From: Nostoc punctiforme PCC 73102
GTDB taxonomy: Bacteria; Cyanobacteriota; Cyanobacteriia; Cyanobacteriales; Nostocaceae
Assembly: GCF_000020025.1 (NCBI RefSeq)
Contig: NC_010628.1
Span: 7,950,001 to 7,982,000, forward strand
DNA: 32,000 nt
Reading direction: 5' to 3'
The stretch's first letter is position 1. The number at the start of each line of letters is the position of its first letter. Both the position numbers and the translations under genes were made by a program. The notes under the pieces are model-generated. The model ran no database searches and was not told the DNA's origin. It worked only from the letters and a program-made list of their open reading frames with translations. Positions 10,030 to 18,605 of this stretch are shown piece by piece.

Positions 10030-10902
10030 ATGAAACTCACTATCAGAAAGCAAAAAGATATTACTAGATTTATTAGAAAAGCAAGTTTCATCAGTATAGT
10101 TATCGGCATTATTTTTGTCTTAGTAGCTAGTAATGAGATTACCCACCACCAATTTGCTAGAACCTCTCAACCATTAAATGTATGCTCTACAACCATTTCA
10201 TCACCTTGTATAGATACCTCTAAAGAAATAACACCCAAACCATTTATTCCCAACCCAGAATTAAATAGTAAACAGCGTTTTTTATCTGCGATTAACCAGA
10301 AATTACCTACAATTCCCCAGTCTGGTACTTATGAATATACTTTACTGCGAGCTTATGGTGCAGTTTTTGTAAATCAAGATATCAGAATTAAACTGCCGCC
10401 AAAAGATATTTTTGTTAATGAACAAGAAACCCAAGAATTTCAAGCTAATTTAACAATGGGTCATGTTGATGGTACTAACGATTGTTATTTACAAAAGTCG
10501 GCGGCTGATGCTCTAAATAAAGCGCGAGTTCAACAACATATCCCGCTAAAATCTGGTTATGGCTCTGGTGATTGTACTCGCACTTTCAATACGAATTTAA
10601 GATTTTGGCAAAAATATGCTAATAATCAAGTTTTGGCAAAAGTTCAACAGGGAAAAGAAACAAAAATTCTCGGTTTAGTTGCACCTCCTGGAACCTCACA
10701 ACATCTCTGGGGATTAGCAATTGATTTACGGGTAGGTAGTAAAGAACAAAGAAAAGCTCTTAATCAAAATGGCTGGTTTCAAACTGTAGAAAATGATGTT
10801 CCACATTGGACTTATGTAGGTTTAACTGAAGATAACTTACCTTTGTTTGGTTTTAATAAACAAGTTGTTAGGGGTATTACTTATTGGATTACACCACTTT
10901 AA
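10030..10902 (+). CDS. M15-family (VanY-like) D-alanyl-D-alanine carboxypeptidase with N-terminal membrane anchor
   Basis: SQHLWGLAIDL (SxHxxGxAxD) and VPHWTY motifs, plus a TM helix (ASFISIVIGIIFVLVA). The ATG at 10030 is preferred over the TTG at 10003. Confidence 0.75.
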   Translation: MKLTIRKQKDITRFIRKASFISIVIGIIFVLVASNEITHHQFARTSQPLNVCSTTISSPCIDTSKEITPKPFIPNPELNSKQRFLSAINQKLPTIPQSGTYEYTLLRAYGAVFVNQDIRIKLPPKDIFVNEQETQEFQANLTMGHVDGTNDCYLQKSAADALNKARVQQHIPLKSGYGSGDCTRTFNTNLRFWQKYANNQVLAKVQQGKETKILGLVAPPGTSQHLWGLAIDLRVGSKEQRKALNQNGWFQTVENDVPHWTYVGLTEDNLPLFGFNKQVVRGITYWITPL

Positions 10903-10975
10903 TTGTTAGATAGTATGAAAATTTGGGAATACTAACCTACAAGATGTATTGTCAGGGTAAGGGATAGTATTTACA

Positions 10976-11779
10976 ATGGGACAGGCTTGGAACAACGTAC
11001 AGAAGCATAGGCAAGCAAAAGGGAAATTTTATGAGTTAATGAGTAAGGCCGATGATGTTATTGTTATTCACTACTCCTGTGAAAGTTTCTACGACAGACC
11101 TGATGGTTCATCACCGAGAATTACTTCTATTGCTGTTCGGAATCTAGAATCTGGTCAGACCACCTCTTTTTCAATTCATCAAGTAGCAGAAAGGAAAGGT
11201 TTTTCAGCAATTGCTTTGGAGCAACATTATGATGAACTCGAAAAACTTATGTTAGATGAATTTTATAATTATGTACGTCGTCATGCCTCTCATATTTGGC
11301 TACACTGGAATATGAGGGATATAAACTACGGTTTTCCAGCAATAGCTCATCGCTACAAGGTTCTTCAAGGCGAACCTGAAGAAATTAGTGAGTCCAAATT
11401 AGTTGATTTATCTCGATTACTTATCGCAATTTACGGTATTAGTTACATACAACATCCTCGATTAAATAGCTTAGTTGAAAAAAACTCTATCACATATAGA
11501 GATTTCTTAGATGGAAAGGGAGAAGCTGATGCTTTTATTAATAAAGAATACGTGAGACTTCATCAATCAACTCTAAGAAAAGTTGATGTTCTCGCCAATA
11601 TAGTTGAGCGTACTGCTAATGGCTCACTCAAGACAAATTCTAGTTCAAAAGATATTTATGGAAATTACTTTACAGCACTTATTGAACTCATCAAAGAAAA
11701 TCCTGTTATAAGTGGAGTGCTAGGACTAATAAGTTTTGTAAGTGCTGTGATTGGAATAATTTCTGTATTTATCAAGTAG
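10976..11779 (+). CDS. hypothetical tail-anchored protein, possible RNase H-like (PolB-exonuclease-like) fold
   Basis: 267-aa ORF with an ATG start and a C-terminal TM helix (ISGVLGLISFVSAVIGIISVFIK). IVIHYSCESF, WLHWNMRDINYGF and VDLSRLL loosely resemble Exo I/II/III-like motifs, with the first Asp replaced. Confidence 0.55.
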   Translation: MGQAWNNVQKHRQAKGKFYELMSKADDVIVIHYSCESFYDRPDGSSPRITSIAVRNLESGQTTSFSIHQVAERKGFSAIALEQHYDELEKLMLDEFYNYVRRHASHIWLHWNMRDINYGFPAIAHRYKVLQGEPEEISESKLVDLSRLLIAIYGISYIQHPRLNSLVEKNSITYRDFLDGKGEADAFINKEYVRLHQSTLRKVDVLANIVERTANGSLKTNSSSKDIYGNYFTALIELIKENPVISGVLGLISFVSAVIGIISVFIK

Positions 11780-11888
11780 CTTTGATGCAACTATAAATCA
11801 ACCAGTTTTAAATAATTTAATTTTTTAATCGCTCGCTATTGGCCTGTTTCCTTCCCTTAAAAATCAATACGGTTCAGTTAAGAAAAAT

Positions 11889-11964
11889 TGTAGGTTGGGT
11901 GAAGCAAAGCGCAACCCAACAAAGCTATGAAAATGTTGGGTTTCGTTCCTCAACTCAACCTACA
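11889..11964. repeat. hairpin repeat (Nostoc-type dispersed repeat)
   Basis: tgtaggttgggtgaagcaaagcgcaacccaac ... atgttgggtttcgttcctcaactcaacctaca: the two halves are imperfectly complementary. Confidence 0.6.
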
Positions 11965-12059
11965 TAACTACATAACTTGCGAGTAATTTGGAAATTGCGA
12001 TCGCTTTATACCTATACCTGCTCCCGAAGCAAAAATAAAAGAGATTGTTATAGCTATAA

Positions 12060-12146
12060 GACTTACGCAAAATATCTCTCAAACTCTAATTTCTCCGTGT
12101 ACTCTGCGCCTCTGTGGTTCGTTATTCCGTAACTCTTGCGTAAGTC
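12060..12146. repeat. 87-bp hairpin element with 11-bp perfect terminal inverted repeats
   Basis: gacttacgcaa (12060-12070) is the exact reverse complement of ttgcgtaagtc (12136-12146). The interior contains ctctgcgcctctgtggttcgtt, a motif also present inverted at about 12200-12225. Confidence 0.6.
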
Positions 12147-12152
12147 CTAAGC

Positions 12153-12263
12153 CAATACGGTTCAGTTAAGGCTAAAACTCTGTTACCAAAGTCATTTTTT
12201 AACGAACCGCCAAGGCGCAGAGAACGCAGAGAGAAGAAAGAGATGCTTAACTGAACTGTATTG
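12153..12263. mobile_element. 111-bp MITE with 18-bp terminal inverted repeats and 10-bp target-site duplication
   Basis: caatacggttcagttaag (12153-12170) versus cttaactgaactgtattg (12246-12263) matches 17/18 as an inverted repeat. Exact agtcctaagc copies flank it at 12143-12152 and 12264-12273. A further solo copy of the terminal repeat lies at 11865-11882. Confidence 0.65.
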
Positions 12264-12555
12264 AGTCCTAAGCTAGTAAAATTTAATAAAATTAATACTG
12301 AAATAAGCTAACTCTTACCTTAAAGAAAGAATTAGAAAATGGCTAAAGGGCAAAAGTAAAAATAGATTCTCATCTTCTTACCTTTGCCTTTTAACCTGAT
12401 TCTGCAATAACTCTAACGCCTTCTTGCAGAGGAATCAATCATACTTTTTCTAAGCCTTAGACGCGAAATGGTTTGTTATCAAATATCGCAACCTAGATGT
12501 AATCAAATAGCTCCTCTGGTTTTAGCAAAATATTAATTGAAAAGTGGATTTAGTA

Positions 12556-12918
12556 TTACTTCACTTCGCTGGGTTCAAACTTTGTCACCTTACCTTTCTT
12601 AATCGCTACAATCACATCGTAGTGAGAACAATAAGCGAATGTGACATTATTAGCTTTGTTATAAAGGTTAACTACATGACCTGCACCACCTACCTGGATA
12701 CCAATTGGTTCTAAGTCAGCAAAAAAGAAACGACGCAGTTGATCGCCACTACCAATTTGACCCTTACTTTTAGTAAGCAAATCTAGTTTCTGCGCTACAG
12801 ACAATTCTTCGGCTGCCGATGCCTGCACTAATGACGGATTGATCGCTTTTAATGGTACGTCCCAAACTGTAAAAAAACCAACTAAAGCAAAACTTGTAAG
12901 TAAGGGTGCGAGTTTCAT
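12556..12918 (-). CDS. hypothetical secreted protein
   Basis: ORF 12556-12960. The internal ATG at 12918 gives MKLAPLLTSFALVGFFTVW..., a signal-peptide-like N-terminus. No family recognised. Confidence 0.5.
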   Translation of the reverse strand: MKLAPLLTSFALVGFFTVWDVPLKAINPSLVQASAAEELSVAQKLDLLTKSKGQIGSGDQLRRFFFADLEPIGIQVGGAGHVVNLYNKANNVTFAYCSHYDVIVAIKKGKVTKFEPSEVK

Positions 12919-13122
12919 TTGTGACTCTCTTTTCTGTTTTATCCTGAACATCCCAAGCATCTCAGGTGGGAGTGAGAACTTATTGAAACTAAACCACTAT
13001 TTTCATGAATTTATCCTTTGAGAAAATTTAGTTGATTCTCAGCACTTTCTCAGGCAATGATGGTAACTCAAACTCACAGCATAATTTAAGTATTTTCTCA
13101 ACAAAACCTCATTCTGAACTAC

Positions 13123-14232
13123 GTGACAGCAACTTATAATGAGCAATGCTTTTGCTTTTATTGCAGTCGTGTTATTGTGACTAGGCCCAAAAGACCACAT
13201 CGCTTAATTCATAGAGTTTCAGGACAAACATATCTCTGGCTAGCAACGCTAATTTTTGCAGCATCTGGCGCAGTTACCCGAAGGCTAACAGAAATCGGTG
13301 CTGAACATTTTATCGGCGAACGTAATCCGATTTCTTTATGTAATGTTTTATTTGTGGGAAACCTTTGCGCCTTGATACTTTTGATCCTCATCTATGGGCG
13401 ACAGTGGAACAAAGCCACTTTGAAGCAACTCTCAAGGACGGATTGGGTCAGTTTAACAGCAGTCGCTATTTTATCGGGAGCGTTAGCCCCTGGCTTAATT
13501 TTCCAGGCACTTTCAGTCACAGGGGTAAATAATGTCATTTTGGTAGGACGTTTGGAACCGCCTCTAACTCTGGCTTTATCAGTCTGGTTGTTGAGGGAAC
13601 GGGTAAATATTTGGGAATTTATCGGAGCGATCGCAGCGTTTGCCGGTGTTATCCTAACTATCATCCTCCAGCCTCCAACAGAAGCCATGATGAATATGGG
13701 AGGTTTCAGTTTAGGCATAGGGGAACTTTTAGCAGCAGTAGGATCTATAGCTGCAACTGCTTCTACAATTATTGGTAAAAAATATCTTTCACAGATCCCT
13801 TTGGGAATCTATAGCATCTTTCGAACTGCACTAGGAACCATAATCTTTTTCTTCATTGCTTTAGTCCTCTATGGCAAAGATCATTTTGCTGATGTCCTCT
13901 CACCGTTCTTATGGCAATGGATGTTTCTCTACGGTGGGTTAATTGTGGTGCTAGGCCAGTCTTTTTTGATTAAAGGCTTGAAAACTTCTACTGTATCTAC
14001 GGCTTCCTTAATTGGCTCATTTGGCCCAATTGTGGGCATCTTAGCAGCCTATTTAATTTTGGGTGAAGCCCCTACCTTACCTCAATATATTGGCGGTAGC
14101 GTGATTTTAGTAGGTATATTTTTGAGCCAAGTTGGTAATTGGCGTAAGACTTCTAGCATTGCATCTGGCAAAGTGAGTTCGATTCCGGCACAGCAACAGG
14201 TAGAAACTGATATGGGATTCAAGGGGCTTTGA
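13123..14232 (+). CDS. DMT-superfamily (EamA-like) transporter
   Basis: 369-aa ORF with about 10 hydrophobic helices in two similar halves, typical of EamA. Only a GTG start is available at 13123, so the true start is uncertain. Confidence 0.75.
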   Translation: MTATYNEQCFCFYCSRVIVTRPKRPHRLIHRVSGQTYLWLATLIFAASGAVTRRLTEIGAEHFIGERNPISLCNVLFVGNLCALILLILIYGRQWNKATLKQLSRTDWVSLTAVAILSGALAPGLIFQALSVTGVNNVILVGRLEPPLTLALSVWLLRERVNIWEFIGAIAAFAGVILTIILQPPTEAMMNMGGFSLGIGELLAAVGSIAATASTIIGKKYLSQIPLGIYSIFRTALGTIIFFFIALVLYGKDHFADVLSPFLWQWMFLYGGLIVVLGQSFLIKGLKTSTVSTASLIGSFGPIVGILAAYLILGEAPTLPQYIGGSVILVGIFLSQVGNWRKTSSIASGKVSSIPAQQQVETDMGFKGL

Positions 14233-14445
14233 ATGAGGCAGAAGGATTTTGGATTGAAGAATCTAAAATCTAAAATTGAAGGGGTAGGGAACAGAAGGGA
14301 AGAAAGCTTATGCCCTATGCCTTTGCGTTATTTTTAACTGTACAGTTATTACTGCCTTGCTGCACTAGTATGTCAAAATAAAAATACCCGATACATCAAG
14401 GTGAGCGATCGCTCCCAAAGCTAGATTAAAGGATTGACCTGAGCA

Positions 14446-15126
14446 ATGGCAGACCAAACCAATCACAATCAAGCGGGAGAAGTAGCTCCCAGCACTGTTG
14501 ACAAGCAAGCTCCCAGTGTGGCTGAAGAGCACGCTCCGAGTACAGACTCACCTGAAGCCACAGACCTTCCTACTGCTAACACGCCAGATCCTAAAGCTGC
14601 AAATCCAGAAACTAACCCAAATGCTGCTAAAACAACCGCTACACCTCCCAAGCGAGAAAAACCCGCAGCTAAAGCCGCAGTAGGCGAAAAACCAGCCGCC
14701 GCAACAGAAGAAAAACCCGCAGCTAAAGCCGCCAAAAAGGAAAAAGCCCCAGCTGTTGAAGATAAGCCGTTTGTAGAGTTTATCGAGCAAGATTACTTGC
14801 CAGCTTTACAAAAAGCGATCGCTCAACAAGGTGTGCAAGATTTACAGGTGTCTTTTGCCAAGCAAAAAGTGCCAATTACTGGCTTTGAATCTGCTGAAGA
14901 ATGCTGGCAAATTATCGGCAGTTGGAAAGAAACTGGTGCGCGTCAGTTTAACCTGTATTTCCCCGAAGAAGATATTCAAGGGAAAAAGGGATTTTCCTGT
15001 AATGAAGGCAAAAAACCTAGCACTCTTGAGTCCTTCTTAATTGATGAGCGCAAAATTACCCTCGATTTGTTGGTATTTGGCTTAGTTCAGCGCTTGGACG
15101 GTCAAAAGTGGCTAGGTATAAATTAG
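14446..15126 (+). CDS. cyanobacterial DUF2996-like protein with P/A/K-rich N-terminal low-complexity region
   Basis: 226-aa ORF. EKPAAKAA-type repeats include an exact 23-nt duplication gaaaaacccgcagctaaagccgc. The conserved C-terminal part reads FVEFIEQDYLPALQKA...CWQIIGSW...FNLYFPEEDI. The family name is from memory. Confidence 0.6.
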   Translation: MADQTNHNQAGEVAPSTVDKQAPSVAEEHAPSTDSPEATDLPTANTPDPKAANPETNPNAAKTTATPPKREKPAAKAAVGEKPAAATEEKPAAKAAKKEKAPAVEDKPFVEFIEQDYLPALQKAIAQQGVQDLQVSFAKQKVPITGFESAEECWQIIGSWKETGARQFNLYFPEEDIQGKKGFSCNEGKKPSTLESFLIDERKITLDLLVFGLVQRLDGQKWLGIN

Positions 15127-15199
15127 TCATTGGTCATTAGTGATTAGTCATTGGTTTTTAACAAAGGACAAATGACAAAGGACAAATGACAAATGACAT
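15124..15199. repeat. STRR-like heptamer repeats forming an imperfect hairpin between convergent genes
   Basis: tagtcattggtcattagtgattagtcattgg followed by acaaaggacaaatgacaaaggacaaatgacaaatgaca. The gtcatt and aatgac units are complementary. Confidence 0.6.
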
Positions 15200-15694
15200 T
15201 TAAAGTTCGTGGAAATGGTAGATAACGGCTCCAGTATTGGGGTCGTTATCTATTTTTACATAACCTGATTTGTACATCTCATTGAGAGTAGCTTCCACTT
15301 CCGCAAAGCTGGCTCCCGTGAACTTCACGCCTTGAGTGACAGTTAAAATACCACCCTTGTTTTCCGCCGCTTCAATCAGTTTAATCATCAGTTGGTTGCC
15401 TGTTGGAGGGTGGACTTGAGAGGCAACCACTGCTTGATTCAACGGCACTCCAAAGGGAGATACACCTGCTTTTAGTCTCAACTTGTGTTCGTATTCGTCA
15501 ACCATGTTGGACATGAGAAACAAATCTACGAACTGCCCTATCCCAAACACACCACCAGTCAACAGCCACAACAAACCAGTCCCGATTTTGCCATTGTAGA
15601 AACGGTGCAGTCCTCCTAATCCGAAAAAGAATGCTGCACACAAAATGTAAGAGACAAGCAGTCGGTCTTTATGCTGATTGTTTTCAAGATTCAT
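15200..15694 (-). CDS. TM2 domain-containing membrane protein
   Basis: GGLHRFYNGKIGTGLLWLLTGGVFGIGQFVDLFLM is a classic TM2 two-helix motif. 164 aa. Confidence 0.8.
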   Translation of the reverse strand: MNLENNQHKDRLLVSYILCAAFFFGLGGLHRFYNGKIGTGLLWLLTGGVFGIGQFVDLFLMSNMVDEYEHKLRLKAGVSPFGVPLNQAVVASQVHPPTGNQLMIKLIEAAENKGGILTVTQGVKFTGASFAEVEATLNEMYKSGYVKIDNDPNTGAVIYHFHEL

Positions 15695-16022
15695 CTTGTT
15701 TTCAACCCTTTGGATTTGCTCTTGTTGTCTAAGATGGGTTTTCTATGTTGTAGTATTAACTACGTGAAAATACCGTCATTATGGCGATTTAGAATACAAA
15801 AAATGCGTGCTACTGCACTCGATCAAAACCCTGCTAATCACCGAACTACGTTTATTTGACTACTAATCCGCGATTTTTGATTCCGTAAACATTGAATGAT
15901 TGTTGCAACTCTTAATCTTTTACTTACAAATTTCTCACCCGCACCTTGGTAGACTGAACTTTATACAATTGGATTATTGTGGGCTGTTACGCTTTAACAG
16001 AACATTAACCTTGGCTTTCTGG

Positions 16023-16077
16023 TGAGACAGTCCGGTCTTGGGGGTTTCCCCCATGAGGAACTGCCGAACCCGAAGGG
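16023..16077 (+). repeat. 55-nt structured mini-element in the acsF 5' leader, same family as the one at 17553-17608
   Basis: tgagacagtccggtcttgggggtttcccccatgaggaactgccgaacccgaaggg. The first 12 nt match the IS630-borne copy 10/12 and the last 19 nt match 18/19. It contains a ggggg-ttt-ccccc hairpin. Confidence 0.55.
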
Positions 16078-16115
16078 TCTACTTAAGATAATAAAGACGA
16101 AAGAGCAATCAAGAC

Positions 16116-17192
16116 ATGGTAGATTCCCTCAAAAAACCAGGCTTTGAAGAAATCCGGCCAGGGATTAAAGTCCCGGCAAAAGAAACCCTGTTAACACCTC
16201 GGTTTTATACTACCGATTTTGATGAAATGGCGCGGATGGATATCTCCGTCAATGAAGACGAGTTACAAGCCATTCTCGAAGAGTTCCGCACTGACTACAA
16301 CCGCCATCACTTTGTTCGGGATGCGGAGTTTGAGCAATCCTGGGATCATATTGACGGGGAAACTCGCAAATTATTCGTTGAGTTTCTAGAACGTTCCTGT
16401 ACAGCAGAGTTTTCGGGCTTTTTGCTATATAAAGAACTTGGCCGTCGCTTGAAAGGAAAAAGCCCCGTCTTGGCAGAGTGCTTTAACCTGATGTCACGGG
16501 ATGAAGCACGTCACGCTGGCTTTTTGAACAAAGCTTTGTCGGACTTTAATCTGTCTTTAGATTTAGGGTTTTTGACTAAGAGCCGCAATTATACCTTCTT
16601 TAAACCGAAATTCATCTTTTACGCTACTTATCTTTCTGAGAAGATCGGTTATTGGCGCTACATCACCATTTACCGCCATTTAGAAGCACATCCCGAAGAC
16701 CGGGTTTATCCAATCTTCCGGTTCTTTGAAAACTGGTGTCAAGATGAAAACCGCCACGGCGATTTCTTTGATGCCATCATGAAATCCCAGCCACAAATAT
16801 TGAATGATTGGAAAGCACGGCTGTGGAGTCGGTTCTTCCTGTTGTCGGTATTTGCGACAATGTATCTCAATGACATCCAACGCAAAGACTTTTATGCCAC
16901 CTTGGGATTGGATGCACGAGAATACGACATTCATGTAATTCAGAAGACTAACGAAAACGCCGGTCGCGTGTTCCCGCTAATGCTGGATGTAGAGAATCCT
17001 GAGTTTTATCAGCGATTGGATACTTGTATCAGCAATAACGAGAAGCTGGGTGCGATCGCTAATTCCAACACTCCCAAATTCTTGCAATTATTCCAAAAAC
17101 TGCCACTTTACATCTCCAATGGCTGGCAGTTATTACGGCTGTACCTGATGAAACCGATTGATACTGTTTCTGCTCAAGGGGCAGTTCGTTAA
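16116..17192 (+). CDS. acsF: magnesium-protoporphyrin IX monomethyl ester (oxidative) cyclase
   Basis: 358-aa ORF collinear with known AcsF proteins ([33 protein letters not shown]..., diiron motifs [10 protein letters not shown] and [10 protein letters not shown]). Confidence 0.95.
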   Translation: MVDSLKKPGFEEIRPGIKVPAKETLLTPRFYTTDFDEMARMDISVNEDELQAILEEFRTDYNRHHFVRDAEFEQSWDHIDGETRKLFVEFLERSCTAEFSGFLLYKELGRRLKGKSPVLAECFNLMSRDEARHAGFLNKALSDFNLSLDLGFLTKSRNYTFFKPKFIFYATYLSEKIGYWRYITIYRHLEAHPEDRVYPIFRFFENWCQDENRHGDFFDAIMKSQPQILNDWKARLWSRFFLLSVFATMYLNDIQRKDFYATLGLDAREYDIHVIQKTNENAGRVFPLMLDVENPEFYQRLDTCISNNEKLGAIANSNTPKFLQLFQKLPLYISNGWQLLRLYLMKPIDTVSAQGAVR

Positions 17193-17218
17193 TTTATAAC
17201 AGATTTGCGAAAGCTTTA

Positions 17219-17249
17219 GTGGTTCTGCTGATTGCAGAGCCACTTTTTT
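17219..17249 (+). terminator. rho-independent terminator of acsF
   Basis: gtggttctgc-tgatt-gcagagccac stem-loop (one G.U pair) followed by tttttt. Confidence 0.6.
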
Positions 17250-17552
17250 GTCTTAAATATTAGAGGTTAGCCGATTAGTACTGCGATCGCTAATTTGCTG
17301 GCAGGCAAAAATCGAATCTAATCAAAAAACTAGTAGTCTGCCAAGCTAACTTTGCTATGTTAAATTTGGATATAAACGCTCCATTTTTCGGCGAGCATCT
17401 TTGGTTTGAAAACCCCAATAAACACTAGCTTTTTGCTGATTACGTTTTTTCTCCCAAGCGGCAATCTCAGAAGTTAATGTTTCTGCATTAGGAATACGCC
17501 GTTCTAAACATTGGCGAGATAAAACAGATAATTCGATTTCTACCTGATTCAG

Positions 17553-17608
17553 CCCTTCGGGTTCGCCAGTTGCTTCAAGTCGGGGAACCCGCCCAACGCA
17601 CTGGCTCA
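17553..17608 (-). repeat. 56-nt structured mini-insertion inside the transposase gene
   Basis: On the minus strand: tgagccagtgcgttgggcgggttccccgacttgaagcaactggcgaacccgaaggg. Internal complementary pairs are gccagt/actggc and cgggttc/gaacccg. It lies between the TGG (W) and CTG (L) codons. Confidence 0.6.
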
Positions 17609-18101
17609 CCAAGAAGCGTGTTTAGGAGTATAGTGAAACTCTAACTTTTGAATAATTCGACGTGCTTCTTCTGGTGGAAAAACTTCATATAATGCATTGG
17701 GTGTATGAATATTCAAGTTATCAACTACTAAACGAATAACATCGGCATCTCGGTAGGAAACATCTACTAAATTTTTCATTTGTTTAGCAAAATCGGCTTT
17801 AGTTCGACGTTCTGTAACTTCGATATGCCGCCATCCAGCCAAGGGTTGAAAACATGCGAATAAATTTACTGTCCCGTTACGTTTATACTCAAAATCATAA
17901 CGTTCAGGTTGCTCTGGCTGTGGTGGCAAAGGAAGTCTTACTTCTTCTACTAATTGGTATGGACGTTCATCAAAGCAGACTACAGGGCGTTTAGGATCAT
18001 AAGGCTCATTGTATAAATCCAGCACATCTTCCATTCGGAAAACATATTCTGCGTTAACTTCAGGAATACACCATTGTTCTTTCAACCAAGGCTTAATTTC
18101 A

Positions 18102-18109
18102 TTTTTTTT
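18102..18109 (-). other. A8 slippery run, programmed -1 ribosomal frameshift site of the IS630 transposase
   Basis: T8 on the plus strand. The zero frame reads tta aaa aaa atg and terminates 6 codons later. The -1 frame reads through as KKNEIKPW without stops. Confidence 0.6.
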
Positions 18110-18605
18110 AAAGTTTGACGTACTGTTTCATCTGAGATTGAATCTATGATACCAACGTTCACTAAATGATCTGCTAATAATTGCATTGTCCAACGCACTC
18201 TTCCTTCTGGCGGATTAGAACAAGCTGTTGCAATCAAAAATGCTTCTTGCTTTTCATCTAATTTTTTATGTTTTGGTGGATGAACTTCATCCTTTAAAGC
18301 AAAATCTAACCCTCCAATGACAAATTTTTCTCGTATTCGTTGCACTGTTGCAACATGCGCTCTAACTATGCTAGCGATCGCTTGATCCGTTTCTCCTTCG
18401 GAAGCCATCAAAAGAATGTTTGCACGGCTTATGGTTCTTGCCTTATGCTTACCTTTCTTAATTATCGATTGCAGTTGGGAAACTTCATCTTCATTCAAGT
18501 CAACAATGTACTTTTTTGCCATGTTACACCCCGTTTTTGGCTATTTTACCAATTAGAGGTTTTACTTAGCAAAGTTACCTTGGTACACTACTAGAGGACA
18601 ATAGA

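Larger units (their letters stand above)
17355..18522 (-). pseudogene. IS630 transposase: HTH part, -1 frameshift, DDE part, disrupted by a 56-nt insertion
   Basis: There are three consecutive ORFs (18082-18522, 17606-18085, 17355-17612). ORF1 and ORF2 join by a -1 slip on A AAA AAA to give ...[18 protein letters not shown]2 ends HYTPKHASW then TGA, and ORF3 resumes LNQVEIELS. Removing 17553-17608 restores the conserved SWLN junction in frame. Confidence 0.8.
17330..18594 (-). mobile_element. IS630-family insertion sequence (about 1.27 kb including a 56-nt secondary insertion)
   Basis: Terminal inverted repeats ctagtagtctgccaagctaactttgcta (17330-17357) and the reverse complement of 18567-18594 (ctagtagtgtaccaaggtaactttgcta) match 25/28. 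TA dinucleotides sit at both ends. The interior encodes an IS630-type transposase. Confidence 0.85.

Noticed and set aside
14469-14790. Three overlapping alternative-frame/antisense ORFs (88, 61, 80 aa) in the 5' part of the DUF2996-like gene
   Set aside because: They arise from the repetitive P/A/K-rich (GAAAAACCCGCAGCTAAAGCC) region, which is open in several frames. Only the + frame continues into a conserved domain.
15984-16000. ctgtta-cgctt-taacag palindrome upstream of acsF as a regulator-binding site
   Set aside because: Only 6-bp arms are present. I cannot tie it to a known operator consensus (NtcA GTA-N8-TAC is absent). It is noted but not called.
17553-17608. Self-splicing intron interpretation of the 56-nt insertion (it begins GTGAG right after the TGG codon)
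   Set aside because: It is far too short for a group I or group II intron and shows no recognisable domain V or P-helix architecture. A MITE-like micro-insertion is the simpler explanation. RNA-level removal remains untested.
18340-18594. 84-aa ORF on the plus strand inside IS630
   Set aside because: It is antisense to the transposase HTH region and runs into the terminal inverted repeat, with no support.
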